Assembly: GCA_964481705.1 (NCBI GenBank)
Contig: CAYZUC010000003.1
Span: forward strand, 608 to 64,607
DNA length: 64,000 nucleotides
DNA from: an uncultured Lachnospiraceae bacterium
GTDB lineage: Bacteria; Bacillota; Clostridia; Lachnospirales; Lachnospiraceae
Reading direction: 5' to 3'
The notes beneath the pieces are model-generated. The model was given only the letters and a program-made list of their open reading frames with translations, was not told the DNA's origin and did not search any database. This document shows, piece by piece, positions 54,367 to 63,557 of the stretch. Position numbers and translations under genes: made by a program. The first letter of the stretch is position 1. Each line of letters begins with the position of its first letter.

Positions 54367-55506
54367 TTAAGGTTCTACTTCCTTTGGAACATATTGATTC
54401 TCGTATTTATAATCATACATCTCAGGCTCTTTCCATGTGTTGGCAAAATAACCGACATTTTTTCCGGCATCTTCTCCTACATCATTTAATACCTGCTGTG
54501 TATAATGGTATTCGTCTACCATATCTTTTTCCTGATACGCATTCAAGACCGTGGACGCCAATACGAATCTCGGGTCGTTCTGGCACAGCTTTGTCTGCGT
54601 CTCAATAATTCCGTCAAAGAGTGTAGCATCCGACCGTTTTCTTCCCACACGAATCATAAAAAATTTATCAATGCCCTGATTGTATAACGTAGTGGAAAAA
54701 GTATTCATATTAGTAAGGTATTGCTCCAGGGTAACATTTTCAATCACATCGTTCTCACCTTGCAAGAAAACGATAAACTTGTTTTTAACCTGATAGCCAT
54801 TTGCATTTAACCAATCATAAGCGGTCCGATATCGCATGATAACTTCCTTGCATACTGCTTCCGAAGCCCAATAATTGGAAGACGTGCCGCACTTTGAAGC
54901 AGATACCGCCACTACCGGAATCCCTGTCTCTTCGTAAAATGCATTTACAAAGGAGGTTACCAACGTCCCACCCTTGCCAAGCATATCATTCATAATTGGT
55001 GTGTTCTCATAAAATCCAAAGGGTTCTGTAATGGTATACAGACTAGTGGGATTCGAGATAGCGCGAAACTCTCCTCCTGCTCCTTCTGTCAATGGAGGCG
55101 CCTGTGCTGGATTTCCTCCAAATCCGGACATATTACTCTGTCCTGCAAAAATGATCAAATCAACAATTACCTTATCTGTGTCCTCAGACTCACTCTCCGA
55201 TAAGCTCTCCGTCTCTTTTCCGGAGGAAGCGTCAGCAACGGACTGAGCAGCACCGGCAACTTCCTTGTCATGTGCTTCTCCTACATGGATTTCGTCCTTA
55301 CTGATTGTATGTGCCTGTTCCAAATGCTTCTTTAATTTTGGATTCAGATTCTTTGGCTCCGGAACTGTCTCCTCCTCCGGATCTGCAGCAAACACAATCG
55401 GTTTCTCTTTTGCTTTTGCATATTTACTACGGTAAACATGCACTCCTGCTATCACAATTAGTAGGATAATCAGAAGAATAAAAAGAATGCTACGACGTTT
55501 CTTCAA
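54367..55506 (-). CDS. Membrane-anchored SASA-domain (sialate O-acetylesterase-like, SGNH-related) esterase
   Basis: 379 aa with the N-terminal TM helix ILFILLIILLIVIAGV, a linker and IIFAGQSNMSGFG (the GQSNM motif of the SASA/DUF303 family). Confidence 0.7.
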   Translation of the reverse strand: MKKRRSILFILLIILLIVIAGVHVYRSKYAKAKEKPIVFAADPEEETVPEPKNLNPKLKKHLEQAHTISKDEIHVGEAHDKEVAGAAQSVADASSGKETESLSESESEDTDKVIVDLIIFAGQSNMSGFGGNPAQAPPLTEGAGGEFRAISNPTSLYTITEPFGFYENTPIMNDMLGKGGTLVTSFVNAFYEETGIPVVAVSASKCGTSSNYWASEAVCKEVIMRYRTAYDWLNANGYQVKNKFIVFLQGENDVIENVTLEQYLTNMNTFSTTLYNQGIDKFFMIRVGRKRSDATLFDGIIETQTKLCQNDPRFVLASTVLNAYQEKDMVDEYHYTQQVLNDVGEDAGKNVGYFANTWKEPEMYDYKYENQYVPKEVEP

Positions 55507-55510
55507 GTAA

Positions 55511-56005
55511 TCAGTCCTTCTTCTCGATAAATTTTTTTCGGGTTACAAAATTATATACCATAACAATTCCAGTTGCGACTACCTTAGCACCCATAACACA
55601 CAGCTCTTCTCGTCCGGCTGTCATCGCACGCAGGAATCCGATGTTATCATAGAAAAATCCAATAAATACTTGTACCCATTTCCAATGCGCATACATCAAA
55701 TCAACAATTACATACATAATTAATTGATTCAACCCCAAACCAATCAGGCTTAGTACCATAAATACAATAAATTCTTTTCTCCTATCAACATTCTCTTTTC
55801 TCTGAAAAACAAACGCCATGCTGGCGATGTAATTGAAAATCAGAGAGATCATAAAGCCAAAAAATGTGGCAATCAGATAATAGACTCCAAATATGTTATT
55901 TAAAACCCATAGTACCGCAAAATCAATAATACAGGATAATACTCCTACTACTCCAAACTTTATGATCTGGTCAAACAGTTTCTTCTTTTTCTCTTGCTTC
56001 GTCAT
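55511..56005 (-). CDS. GtrA-family membrane protein
   Basis: 164 aa with four TM segments. IKFGVVGVLSCIIDFAVLWVL is typical of GtrA-like proteins. Confidence 0.8.
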   Translation of the reverse strand: MTKQEKKKKLFDQIIKFGVVGVLSCIIDFAVLWVLNNIFGVYYLIATFFGFMISLIFNYIASMAFVFQRKENVDRRKEFIVFMVLSLIGLGLNQLIMYVIVDLMYAHWKWVQVFIGFFYDNIGFLRAMTAGREELCVMGAKVVATGIVMVYNFVTRKKFIEKKD

Positions 56006-56015
56006 CCTCTTAATC

Positions 56016-56741
56016 CTATCTTCTATCCAAGTTTTTATTTAGTTCATGAAAATCGTGGAGTGCCTTTCTGCCAATTCCAAATATTCGCTTCATATTGATG
56101 GAATTCACGCCTCCCTGTCTCGGACGGAAGGTAATGGGTACATACTTTACATTTCGTTTCTGCTTGGTATAAATGACATTAATCAGAACATTTGTTAAGA
56201 AAAAATCATCCGGAACCAGCTTTAACTGCTCTGCAAAAATCTTGGCTTCCATCAAACGATAAGGGGTATTCGCGTCGATTACCGATACATGGAAACACAT
56301 CCGAATTACCAATTTCAATACCTTAGTCACAAATACTCTCGAAAGTCCGTCCTTCCTGTGATTCCTATGGCCGACAATCATATCATAATTCTTTCTTTCT
56401 TCCCAAAAGGGCGGGAACTCGGAAGGAAGCGTCTGTCCATCCGAATCGGTCTGAAATACATAATCAGCACCCTGTTCCACTGCATATCGGTATCCAAATA
56501 AAATGGTCGCTCCATGTCCGCCATTTGGTTTTGTCATGGCAACTAATTGTGGTCTTGTCTTCGCAGCCTCCTGTAAACACGTATACGTACTGTCCTTACT
56601 GCCATCATCAATAATAACCAGACGACTTTCCTGACCTGTCTCCACTACTACCGGATACCAGTCATCAATGACCTGTTTGATGGTTGCCTCCTCATTATAG
56701 GCCGGTATAATCATATAAAGCTTATCCATGTATTCCTCCAA
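56016..56741 (-). CDS. Glycosyltransferase family 2, GtrB/CsbB-like polyprenyl-phosphate glycosyltransferase
   Basis: 241 aa with YMIIPAYNEEATI, IIDDGSKDST and QTDSDGQ. Confidence 0.8.
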   Translation of the reverse strand: MEEYMDKLYMIIPAYNEEATIKQVIDDWYPVVVETGQESRLVIIDDGSKDSTYTCLQEAAKTRPQLVAMTKPNGGHGATILFGYRYAVEQGADYVFQTDSDGQTLPSEFPPFWEERKNYDMIVGHRNHRKDGLSRVFVTKVLKLVIRMCFHVSVIDANTPYRLMEAKIFAEQLKLVPDDFFLTNVLINVIYTKQKRNVKYVPITFRPRQGGVNSINMKRIFGIGRKALHDFHELNKNLDRR

Positions 56742-56747
56742 CTTCCA

Positions 56748-57899
56748 TTAGTTTCGAATCGCCCGTATCCCGCGAAATGTCATCCAGATGGTAACAATAT
56801 AATAATAGGTGCCTATCACAATCAGTGATGGCATCGATTCTGAAAAGATTCTCAGTACAAAGAAAACAGCAAAAACGAGCCCCGCGTATACAAGCAGTTC
56901 CCATTTCTCTTTTTTAAATAAGGATTTCCATTCAATAACGTCTGTCATATAATAACAAAACGGAAGTACCATAACAAAATAATCGTATGTCCTGTGATAT
57001 GTTATAATCAACGACCACAGCAGCACGATTGCCATCAGCAGCTTATCCTGTCCCTCCGGCATTCGTAACGCAATAACCAGAAGAAGTATCATAACCGCCG
57101 CCGTCAAGACAAGTGCATAGGGAGAGCCCTGAAGCAATGCAGAAAGATCAATGCTTCCCTCTCCGGATAAGGCGCTTGACACCTGCAGTGGCTGAATAAT
57201 CATATTAAGGAAGCTCTCTCCCAACCAAAAGGCAGAAGCTATCGTAAGTACAATATGGATGCCGATAGAAAGAAGCAATTCCTTCCATCTCTTCTTATAA
57301 ACGAAGTAGACAACCAGCGGTACTGTTAATGTATACTTGAAATAGCATACCGTAAGACTTAAGCCCGACAGAACAGGTCTCTTGCTCTCAGACAGCCATA
57401 CTGCCAAAAGGAAAAAGAAGAATGAAAAAATTGTATGTTGACCAACTCCAATCTGATTCCTCCATGGAGTACCTGCAATCATGAACAGCATAAGCACCCC
57501 AAACCACCGAACATCCATTTCTTTCATAAATGTCTTGCGCAGCAATACAATAACAAGTGCTGTTAATACAAGATTAGAACCAAGCCATACCATTCTCGCT
57601 GTCATAGGTGCCAAAAAAGTATAAGGCAGTAATAAAAGCAATAAAGATGGAAACTGATTCGCCTCCATCTGCTTAAAATACTCTGTAGCTCCTAACGATT
57701 CCAACGCGCCGGTCGGATGCAGGGATTCTGTATAAGGATTGATGCGCAATACAAGTGCCTTCGCGGCATCCCATTGAAAATCCTGACTATAAAGAACGGC
57801 ATTTCGGCAGCCCTGTACAATCGACACGGCTGCCAAAAGACCTAATATACCATAAACGAAAATCCATATTATTTTCTGATTACCTACAGACTTTTGCAT
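56748..57899 (-). CDS. Polytopic GT-C-type glycosyltransferase (DUF2029/GT87-like)
   Basis: 383 aa with about 10 TM segments. An acidic first extracytoplasmic loop (YSQDFQWDAAKAL) resembles the catalytic loop of GT-C enzymes. It is adjacent to the GtrB-like and GtrA-like genes. Confidence 0.6.
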   Translation of the reverse strand: MQKSVGNQKIIWIFVYGILGLLAAVSIVQGCRNAVLYSQDFQWDAAKALVLRINPYTESLHPTGALESLGATEYFKQMEANQFPSLLLLLLPYTFLAPMTARMVWLGSNLVLTALVIVLLRKTFMKEMDVRWFGVLMLFMIAGTPWRNQIGVGQHTIFSFFFFLLAVWLSESKRPVLSGLSLTVCYFKYTLTVPLVVYFVYKKRWKELLLSIGIHIVLTIASAFWLGESFLNMIIQPLQVSSALSGEGSIDLSALLQGSPYALVLTAAVMILLLVIALRMPEGQDKLLMAIVLLWSLIITYHRTYDYFVMVLPFCYYMTDVIEWKSLFKKEKWELLVYAGLVFAVFFVLRIFSESMPSLIVIGTYYYIVTIWMTFRGIRAIRN

Positions 57900-57915
57900 A
57901 ACTTCTCCAAAACAC

Positions 57916-59640
57916 TTATTTTGAAAGTTCTGTTACTTCTGCTTTCAGAACTTCCAATTTCTTTTCCGCATCTTCCAATGAACTTCCTTTTACACCCATG
58001 TAGAATTTGATCTTTGGTTCTGTACCGGAAGGTCTCGCACAGCACCATGACTGGTTGCTCAGATTAAAGTATAATACATTGGACTCCGGAAGACCGGTAG
58101 ATGTCACCTTTCCTGTCTCCATATCCATTGCAGTATCCTTGCTGTAATCGCGGAATTCCAGCACTTTGAGGTCCCCAAAGGATTTCGGAGGATTCTTACG
58201 GATATTTTCCATAATGGTCTGAATCTGTTCCGCTCCGTCTATTCCTTTTAAGGTAATCGTGTGAATTCCCTCCATGAAATAGCCATACTCTTCATAGATT
58301 TCAAGCATCTGATCCCATACGGTCTTACCGTTCTTTTTACACCAGGCTGCTACTTCGCAAAGACACATCACTGCTACAACAGCATCCTTATCTCTTGCAT
58401 GGGTTCCTGCGAGACAGCCATAGCTCTCTTCCAAACCAAATACGTACTGATACGTATGATTCTCCTCAAACCATTTAATCTGCTCTCCAATATACTTAAA
58501 TCCCGTCAGTACCTCAATGAGCTTCACCTGATATGCTTTTGCCAGCTCGTCCGCGAGATTGGTGGTAACAATCGTTTTCACAAGTGCTGCATTCTCCGGA
58601 AGAGTATTGGTCGCTTTTCTTTCTCTTAAGATGTATTCCGCAATCAGCATTCCTGACATATTACCGGTAAAGGAAACATACTCACCGGTCTTTGTGTCCT
58701 TCGCATAGATTCCAAGGCGATCCGCATCCGGGTCCGTAGCAAGTACAATATCAGCATCCTTTTCTTTTGCAAGCTTCAGGGCAAGGGTAAAGGCCTTTGG
58801 GTCCTCCGGGTTCGGATAATCTAACGTTGTAAATTCCGGATCCGGCAGCTCCTGCTCGGGAACAACAAATACATGGCGGAACCCAAGCTCCTTTAAAATG
58901 CGGCGAACCGGAATATTACCGGTACCATGAAATGGTGAATATACAATCCTGATATCCTCTGCAACTTCTTTAATCACATCCGGATGAATGATTAATTTCT
59001 TTAATTCAGCCATATAAGCATCATCTATCTCTGCTCCGATTACATGGTAAAGTCCTGCTTTCATCGCTTCGTCCTTACTCATGCTCTTAACCGTATGATA
59101 ATCGGTTACTTTCTTAACTTCACCGATGATTTCTTTGTCTCTTGGAGATGTGATCTGAGCACCATCCTCCCAGTAAACCTTGTAGCCGTTATACTCCGGC
59201 GGATTATGACTTGCAGTTACGACGATTCCCGCTGTACATCCAAGCTTTCTGACTGCAAAGGATAATTCCGGTGTCGGTCTGAGTGCATCAAATACATAAG
59301 CCTGTATTCCATTCGCATTGAGACACAAAGCAGCTTCGTCAGCAAACTCCGGTGACATATTTCTCGAGTCATATGCAATCGCAACACCCTTTTTCTGTGC
59401 TCCCTGCTGAGAAATATAGTTTGCGAGTCCCTGCGTAGCCTTTCGTACCGTATACAGATTCATACGATTCGTTCCTGCACCGATAACTCCACGCAGCCCT
59501 CCGGTACCAAATTCCAGTTCCTTATAAAAGCGGTCTTCTATCTCCGCTTGATTATCCTGAATACTTTTCAGTTCTTCTTTTGTAGCATCGTCAAAGTATG
59601 AGTCTGACATCCAGAAATCATATTGTTCTCTGTAATTCAT
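57916..59640 (-). CDS. pgcA: Alpha-phosphoglucomutase/phosphomannomutase (PgcA-type)
   Basis: 574 aa with the active-site loop TASHNPPEYNGYK, the metal loop ATDPDADR and a GEESYG-like LEESYG. Confidence 0.9.
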   Translation of the reverse strand: MNYREQYDFWMSDSYFDDATKEELKSIQDNQAEIEDRFYKELEFGTGGLRGVIGAGTNRMNLYTVRKATQGLANYISQQGAQKKGVAIAYDSRNMSPEFADEAALCLNANGIQAYVFDALRPTPELSFAVRKLGCTAGIVVTASHNPPEYNGYKVYWEDGAQITSPRDKEIIGEVKKVTDYHTVKSMSKDEAMKAGLYHVIGAEIDDAYMAELKKLIIHPDVIKEVAEDIRIVYSPFHGTGNIPVRRILKELGFRHVFVVPEQELPDPEFTTLDYPNPEDPKAFTLALKLAKEKDADIVLATDPDADRLGIYAKDTKTGEYVSFTGNMSGMLIAEYILRERKATNTLPENAALVKTIVTTNLADELAKAYQVKLIEVLTGFKYIGEQIKWFEENHTYQYVFGLEESYGCLAGTHARDKDAVVAVMCLCEVAAWCKKNGKTVWDQMLEIYEEYGYFMEGIHTITLKGIDGAEQIQTIMENIRKNPPKSFGDLKVLEFRDYSKDTAMDMETGKVTSTGLPESNVLYFNLSNQSWCCARPSGTEPKIKFYMGVKGSSLEDAEKKLEVLKAEVTELSK

Positions 59641-59674
59641 TCCAATCCTCCTTGAAACTTAATTTAACCAATAA

Positions 59675-59703
59675 ATTATAACACAAAGAGATACTTCCAA
59701 CAA
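59675..59703 (-). promoter_or_regulatory. Candidate sigma-A promoter for the phosphoglucomutase gene
   Basis: The minus strand reads TTGTTG, a 17-nt spacer, then TGTTATAAT (extended -10). An AAGGAGGA RBS lies downstream. Confidence 0.45.
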
Positions 59704-61722
59704 CTAAATCATACTTTTGGGCTGTGTCTTCAGTGTGTAGTTACTATGATCCAGCGAGAAATTTGTATTGTAATAGGGATCTCCTGCCGCCAGTACATCC
59801 TTCCATTTTTCCTTAAAATGATCGGCTTCCTGATCGTAGCGTTCCGCGTTTTTACGACTCTGCTCTACCAAATCTCCACCACGGGATTTCGATTCGTAGT
59901 GAAACATCTCTGCAAACGGGGTGAAAATATTTAACAATCCCTGAGAACGAAGTTTCAGGCAAAAATCCACATCGTTCAGTGCTACAGCAAAATCCTCACT
60001 TAATCCTCCTGCTAAGAAATAATCCGATTTTTTCACCATCAAGCATGCACCAGTTACAGCAGAGACGTCCTGTGCATAACATAGTCTTCCCATATATCCG
60101 AGATTATCCTTGGCCTGTTTGTAATGTGTATGTCCTGCGGTACGATGGGCACCCAGTCCCAGAACAATCCCAGCATGCTGAATCGTATAATCATCATAAT
60201 ACAGCTTGCAGCCAACTGCTCCGACATCCTTTCTCTGTGCATACATCAGCAGCTCTTCCATCCAGTTTCTGGTGATAACCTCCGTATCGTTATTTAAAAG
60301 AAGGAAGTAATCTCCGGTAGCTTCCCTGGCGCCCATATTATTGATCGCGGAGTAATTGAATTCCCCTTGATACGTAATACGTTTCACGCGTGGACAAGCT
60401 TCCAATTCCTGATAATAATCCATGATGCTCTGTTCGGTACTATTATTTTCAACAATGATGATCTCATAATTCTCGTAAGAGGAACGTACCAGTATGGATT
60501 CCACACATCGTCTTAAGTCCTCTACATGGTCTTTATTCGCAATAATAATGGATATCTTCGGTTTTCCAATAATCTGATAACGGATTCGAAAAATAGTTGC
60601 AAACGCTCTGGTACTCTCTATCTTGAAATTTTCAAATCCACAGGCCGTCAGATGTGCTGCCACTGCTCTCTTAGCTGCATCAATCGCGTAGGTCTTGGCA
60701 TTGATATCCGATGCCACAGAGGCTGCGTGAGAGCGCCAGTAATACATAATCTGAGGAACATGATAAATCCTCGAAGCTGCTTTCGTCAGTCTTAATATCA
60801 TGTCATGGTCCTGACTGCCGTCAAATTCGCTCCGAAAAAGTCCGGTCTCCTCCAGCAGCTTTTCTTTAAAGGCCGAAAAATGACAGATGTAATTATTAGC
60901 CCTTAAATTATCAGGAGAAAAATCCGGCTTAAAGTGCAGAGTAATCATATTATCAATGCTGTTTCCCTTAAATGTTGCCTCATCACAATAGATGAAGTCA
61001 GCGTCTGTTTCATCTATCACCTTGCGATACTCAAACAGAACGGACGGGTGAAGCAAATCATCATGGTCAAGAAGTGCCACATAATTGCCGGTAACCATAG
61101 AAAAGCAAACATTGGTATTCTCTGAGATACCCTTGTTCTCAATCTTTTGATAATGAAATCTTCCTTCATGCCCCTGTTCCCGATCACGTTTTGCATACTC
61201 TTCAACAATCTTACCAACATAATCATGTACATCATCCGAACCGTCAGCCAGACAAAGCTCCCATTCCTCTCTTGTCTGCGCCAGCACACAGTCAAACAAC
61301 TCTCTTAAAAAGTTCTCAGGCGTGTTATAAAGAGGAACCAAAATGCTGAATTTCACATCTTTTGTAAAATTAAATTCAGATTGAATATTTCGTTCTTCCT
61401 CAGAAGGAAAACTTGCTGTGCCGTGTAAACGATAGGCCTGACGCTCGATACGCTTACTTTTTATTTTTGCAATCAAATTTCTCAAATTGCCATATCGCTT
61501 TACTCGTATAAATGCGTTCTTCATTTTTGCCCAACACATACGAAATGGTTTCAATATACGAAAAATAAGACTTTTCTTTATCAAATCCACCTTGCGCTGA
61601 AGCTCTGCACATCTCTCCTCTGAGGCAACCAGTTCTTCTGTCAACTCAAGATTCTTCTTTTCTTCTTTTTCATACAGTTCCTTATAATATGCAATTAATT
61701 TCTCTTGTTCCCTATCAGCCAT
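59704..61722 (-). CDS. Dual-domain family 2 glycosyltransferase with an N-terminal coiled-coil/amphipathic region
   Basis: 672 aa with N-terminal heptad-like EQEKLIAYYKELYEKEEKKNLELTEELVASEERCAELQRKVDL. There are two GT2 modules: FSILVPLYNTPENF...LLDHDD and ISIIIANKDHVEDL...VENNSTE...LLNNDTE. Confidence 0.85.
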   Translation of the reverse strand: MADREQEKLIAYYKELYEKEEKKNLELTEELVASEERCAELQRKVDLIKKSLIFRILKPFRMCWAKMKNAFIRVKRYGNLRNLIAKIKSKRIERQAYRLHGTASFPSEEERNIQSEFNFTKDVKFSILVPLYNTPENFLRELFDCVLAQTREEWELCLADGSDDVHDYVGKIVEEYAKRDREQGHEGRFHYQKIENKGISENTNVCFSMVTGNYVALLDHDDLLHPSVLFEYRKVIDETDADFIYCDEATFKGNSIDNMITLHFKPDFSPDNLRANNYICHFSAFKEKLLEETGLFRSEFDGSQDHDMILRLTKAASRIYHVPQIMYYWRSHAASVASDINAKTYAIDAAKRAVAAHLTACGFENFKIESTRAFATIFRIRYQIIGKPKISIIIANKDHVEDLRRCVESILVRSSYENYEIIIVENNSTEQSIMDYYQELEACPRVKRITYQGEFNYSAINNMGAREATGDYFLLLNNDTEVITRNWMEELLMYAQRKDVGAVGCKLYYDDYTIQHAGIVLGLGAHRTAGHTHYKQAKDNLGYMGRLCYAQDVSAVTGACLMVKKSDYFLAGGLSEDFAVALNDVDFCLKLRSQGLLNIFTPFAEMFHYESKSRGGDLVEQSRKNAERYDQEADHFKEKWKDVLAAGDPYYNTNFSLDHSNYTLKTQPKSMI

Positions 61723-63557
61723 GTTGTCTCCTTATAATAACACGTTCCGCTTCCTAAACCTGACACCTTGGTAAGTGCCGGTGCCAAAACACTTCCACTA
61801 TATTTCTGATATATCTCCATCGGAATCCTACCTATGAAACCAGATAACAAAATGTGCTTTTCACCAGGAAAAGTATCTTCCAAGTCTGCCCGATATTTAC
61901 GGCAAACAGGAACCTCTACCATAGTCGTCCCATGAATCAGCAGCAGGCATGGCTCGTAATCAAGATTCTCTTTCTTACTATAAAAAGCCCATCCTTCCAT
62001 CTCCGCGTAATCCGATTCCGTTGCATTCTGACCGGGCATCAAACGAATCGCATCGATATTGCAATGGAATCGGTTACTTTCTACCTTCTTCACCTTTTTA
62101 CCTTCCATCTCAACCGGAAGCGAGAGTCGATCGGTATATTCCCATTCCTGCAGAAAGTCCGGTTCGTAGGTCAATTTCGTCTTTGTTAATTGGGGATGGT
62201 AGAAGGGATCTCCTTTTTCTTGTATAAAAGGATGCTTTGCATAGAAGTAATCCCGTTCCTTTTGTAATCGTGTTCTTTTCCCATCATCTATCATATCGTT
62301 ACCGCGACTGATGGATTCGTGATGGTACAGGAAAATCTCATTGATACAGACATTCCAATACCCTTTTTCTATCAAATCCACACAAAGGTCAACATCCGTA
62401 TAAGCAACGGCAAGCTTCTCATCAAAGCCGGAAACCTCGTAAAATTTCCTTTTCTCCATCATCATACAGGCTCCCGTAACTGCAAGAACATTGCCTGTTA
62501 TGTGATTTCTGCCATGATCATAATCAACAGAATCCGGATACGTTGCCAGCTTATGAGAAGGTCCACACGCCAAATCCGTAATACCAATATGCTGGATCAA
62601 GTCTCCGCCAGGATACAGGAGCTTTAATCCTACTGCACCAATATGTGATTTAGCGGCTTCTGCCAGCATTCTGGATATAAAACGAATGGGTCCAACAAGT
62701 TCAACATCATCATTCAGAAACAGAAGAAAGTCTCCTTCTGCCTCAGCGGCGCCTAAATTACACAAGGTCGAGTACTGAAATTCCATCGGTTGATACAGAT
62801 AACGAAAGGAGAACTCCTGCTTTAATTGCTCTATTGATTTTCTATTCTCCTGTGTACTGCCATTATCAACGACTATTGTCTCTATCTTTTGACCCTCGCC
62901 ACCAATTTCTACAGCCCGCAGAGCATTTCTAAGCAGCTCCGGATGATCCTTGGATAGAATAATGACAGATACACAGCTATATACCGTTTCCACGAATCTG
63001 GGGGTCTCATACTCATAACGTACCGGTTTCCTACTGTGAAATAGTATGCGTGGAATATGAAGCACATTACGTGATTCCTTTGCGCACTCTCTCAGAAAAT
63101 CGTAGGATTCCTTGTCCAGTCGATAGTAACCATTCTCCTCCAAAAAGTCTCCTGGCTCCATCTCAATCCTGTGACTAACCTTTTCTGCCACCGGACGTCT
63201 TACCAAAACAAGTCCTCCAAAATAGAACATGCTATCCAGAGTGTCCGGAGACCAGTCCGGCTTCAACCACGGAGAAGTCCTGCTTCTTGCAATGTCTTTC
63301 GCGTTATGGTCAAGCAGAACATCCTCGTCACAATAAATTAAATCTACATTTATTTTCCCGTCTTGTAACTGTAAATCCAAGTAATCACGGATATACGACA
63401 GTGCATGCTCCTCCATATCACCATCTGCTGAAAGAAAAACAAGAAAATCATCCTCCAAGTCAGATTTCGACAAAATCGGTTCTTCATTTTCCAGAATCCA
63501 ATAGTAATAGGGATTTTGCGCTTTATCTAGTTTTTGTAGATAGTCTGACTTTTTCAT
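61695..63557 (-). CDS. Glycosyltransferase family 2 with an N-terminal extension
   Basis: 620 aa with VSVIILSKDHPELL, VVDNGSTQEN and FLNDDVE. It overlaps the next gene by 28 nt. Confidence 0.85.
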   Translation of the reverse strand: MKKSDYLQKLDKAQNPYYYWILENEEPILSKSDLEDDFLVFLSADGDMEEHALSYIRDYLDLQLQDGKINVDLIYCDEDVLLDHNAKDIARSRTSPWLKPDWSPDTLDSMFYFGGLVLVRRPVAEKVSHRIEMEPGDFLEENGYYRLDKESYDFLRECAKESRNVLHIPRILFHSRKPVRYEYETPRFVETVYSCVSVIILSKDHPELLRNALRAVEIGGEGQKIETIVVDNGSTQENRKSIEQLKQEFSFRYLYQPMEFQYSTLCNLGAAEAEGDFLLFLNDDVELVGPIRFISRMLAEAAKSHIGAVGLKLLYPGGDLIQHIGITDLACGPSHKLATYPDSVDYDHGRNHITGNVLAVTGACMMMEKRKFYEVSGFDEKLAVAYTDVDLCVDLIEKGYWNVCINEIFLYHHESISRGNDMIDDGKRTRLQKERDYFYAKHPFIQEKGDPFYHPQLTKTKLTYEPDFLQEWEYTDRLSLPVEMEGKKVKKVESNRFHCNIDAIRLMPGQNATESDYAEMEGWAFYSKKENLDYEPCLLLIHGTTMVEVPVCRKYRADLEDTFPGEKHILLSGFIGRIPMEIYQKYSGSVLAPALTKVSGLGSGTCYYKETTWLIGNKRN

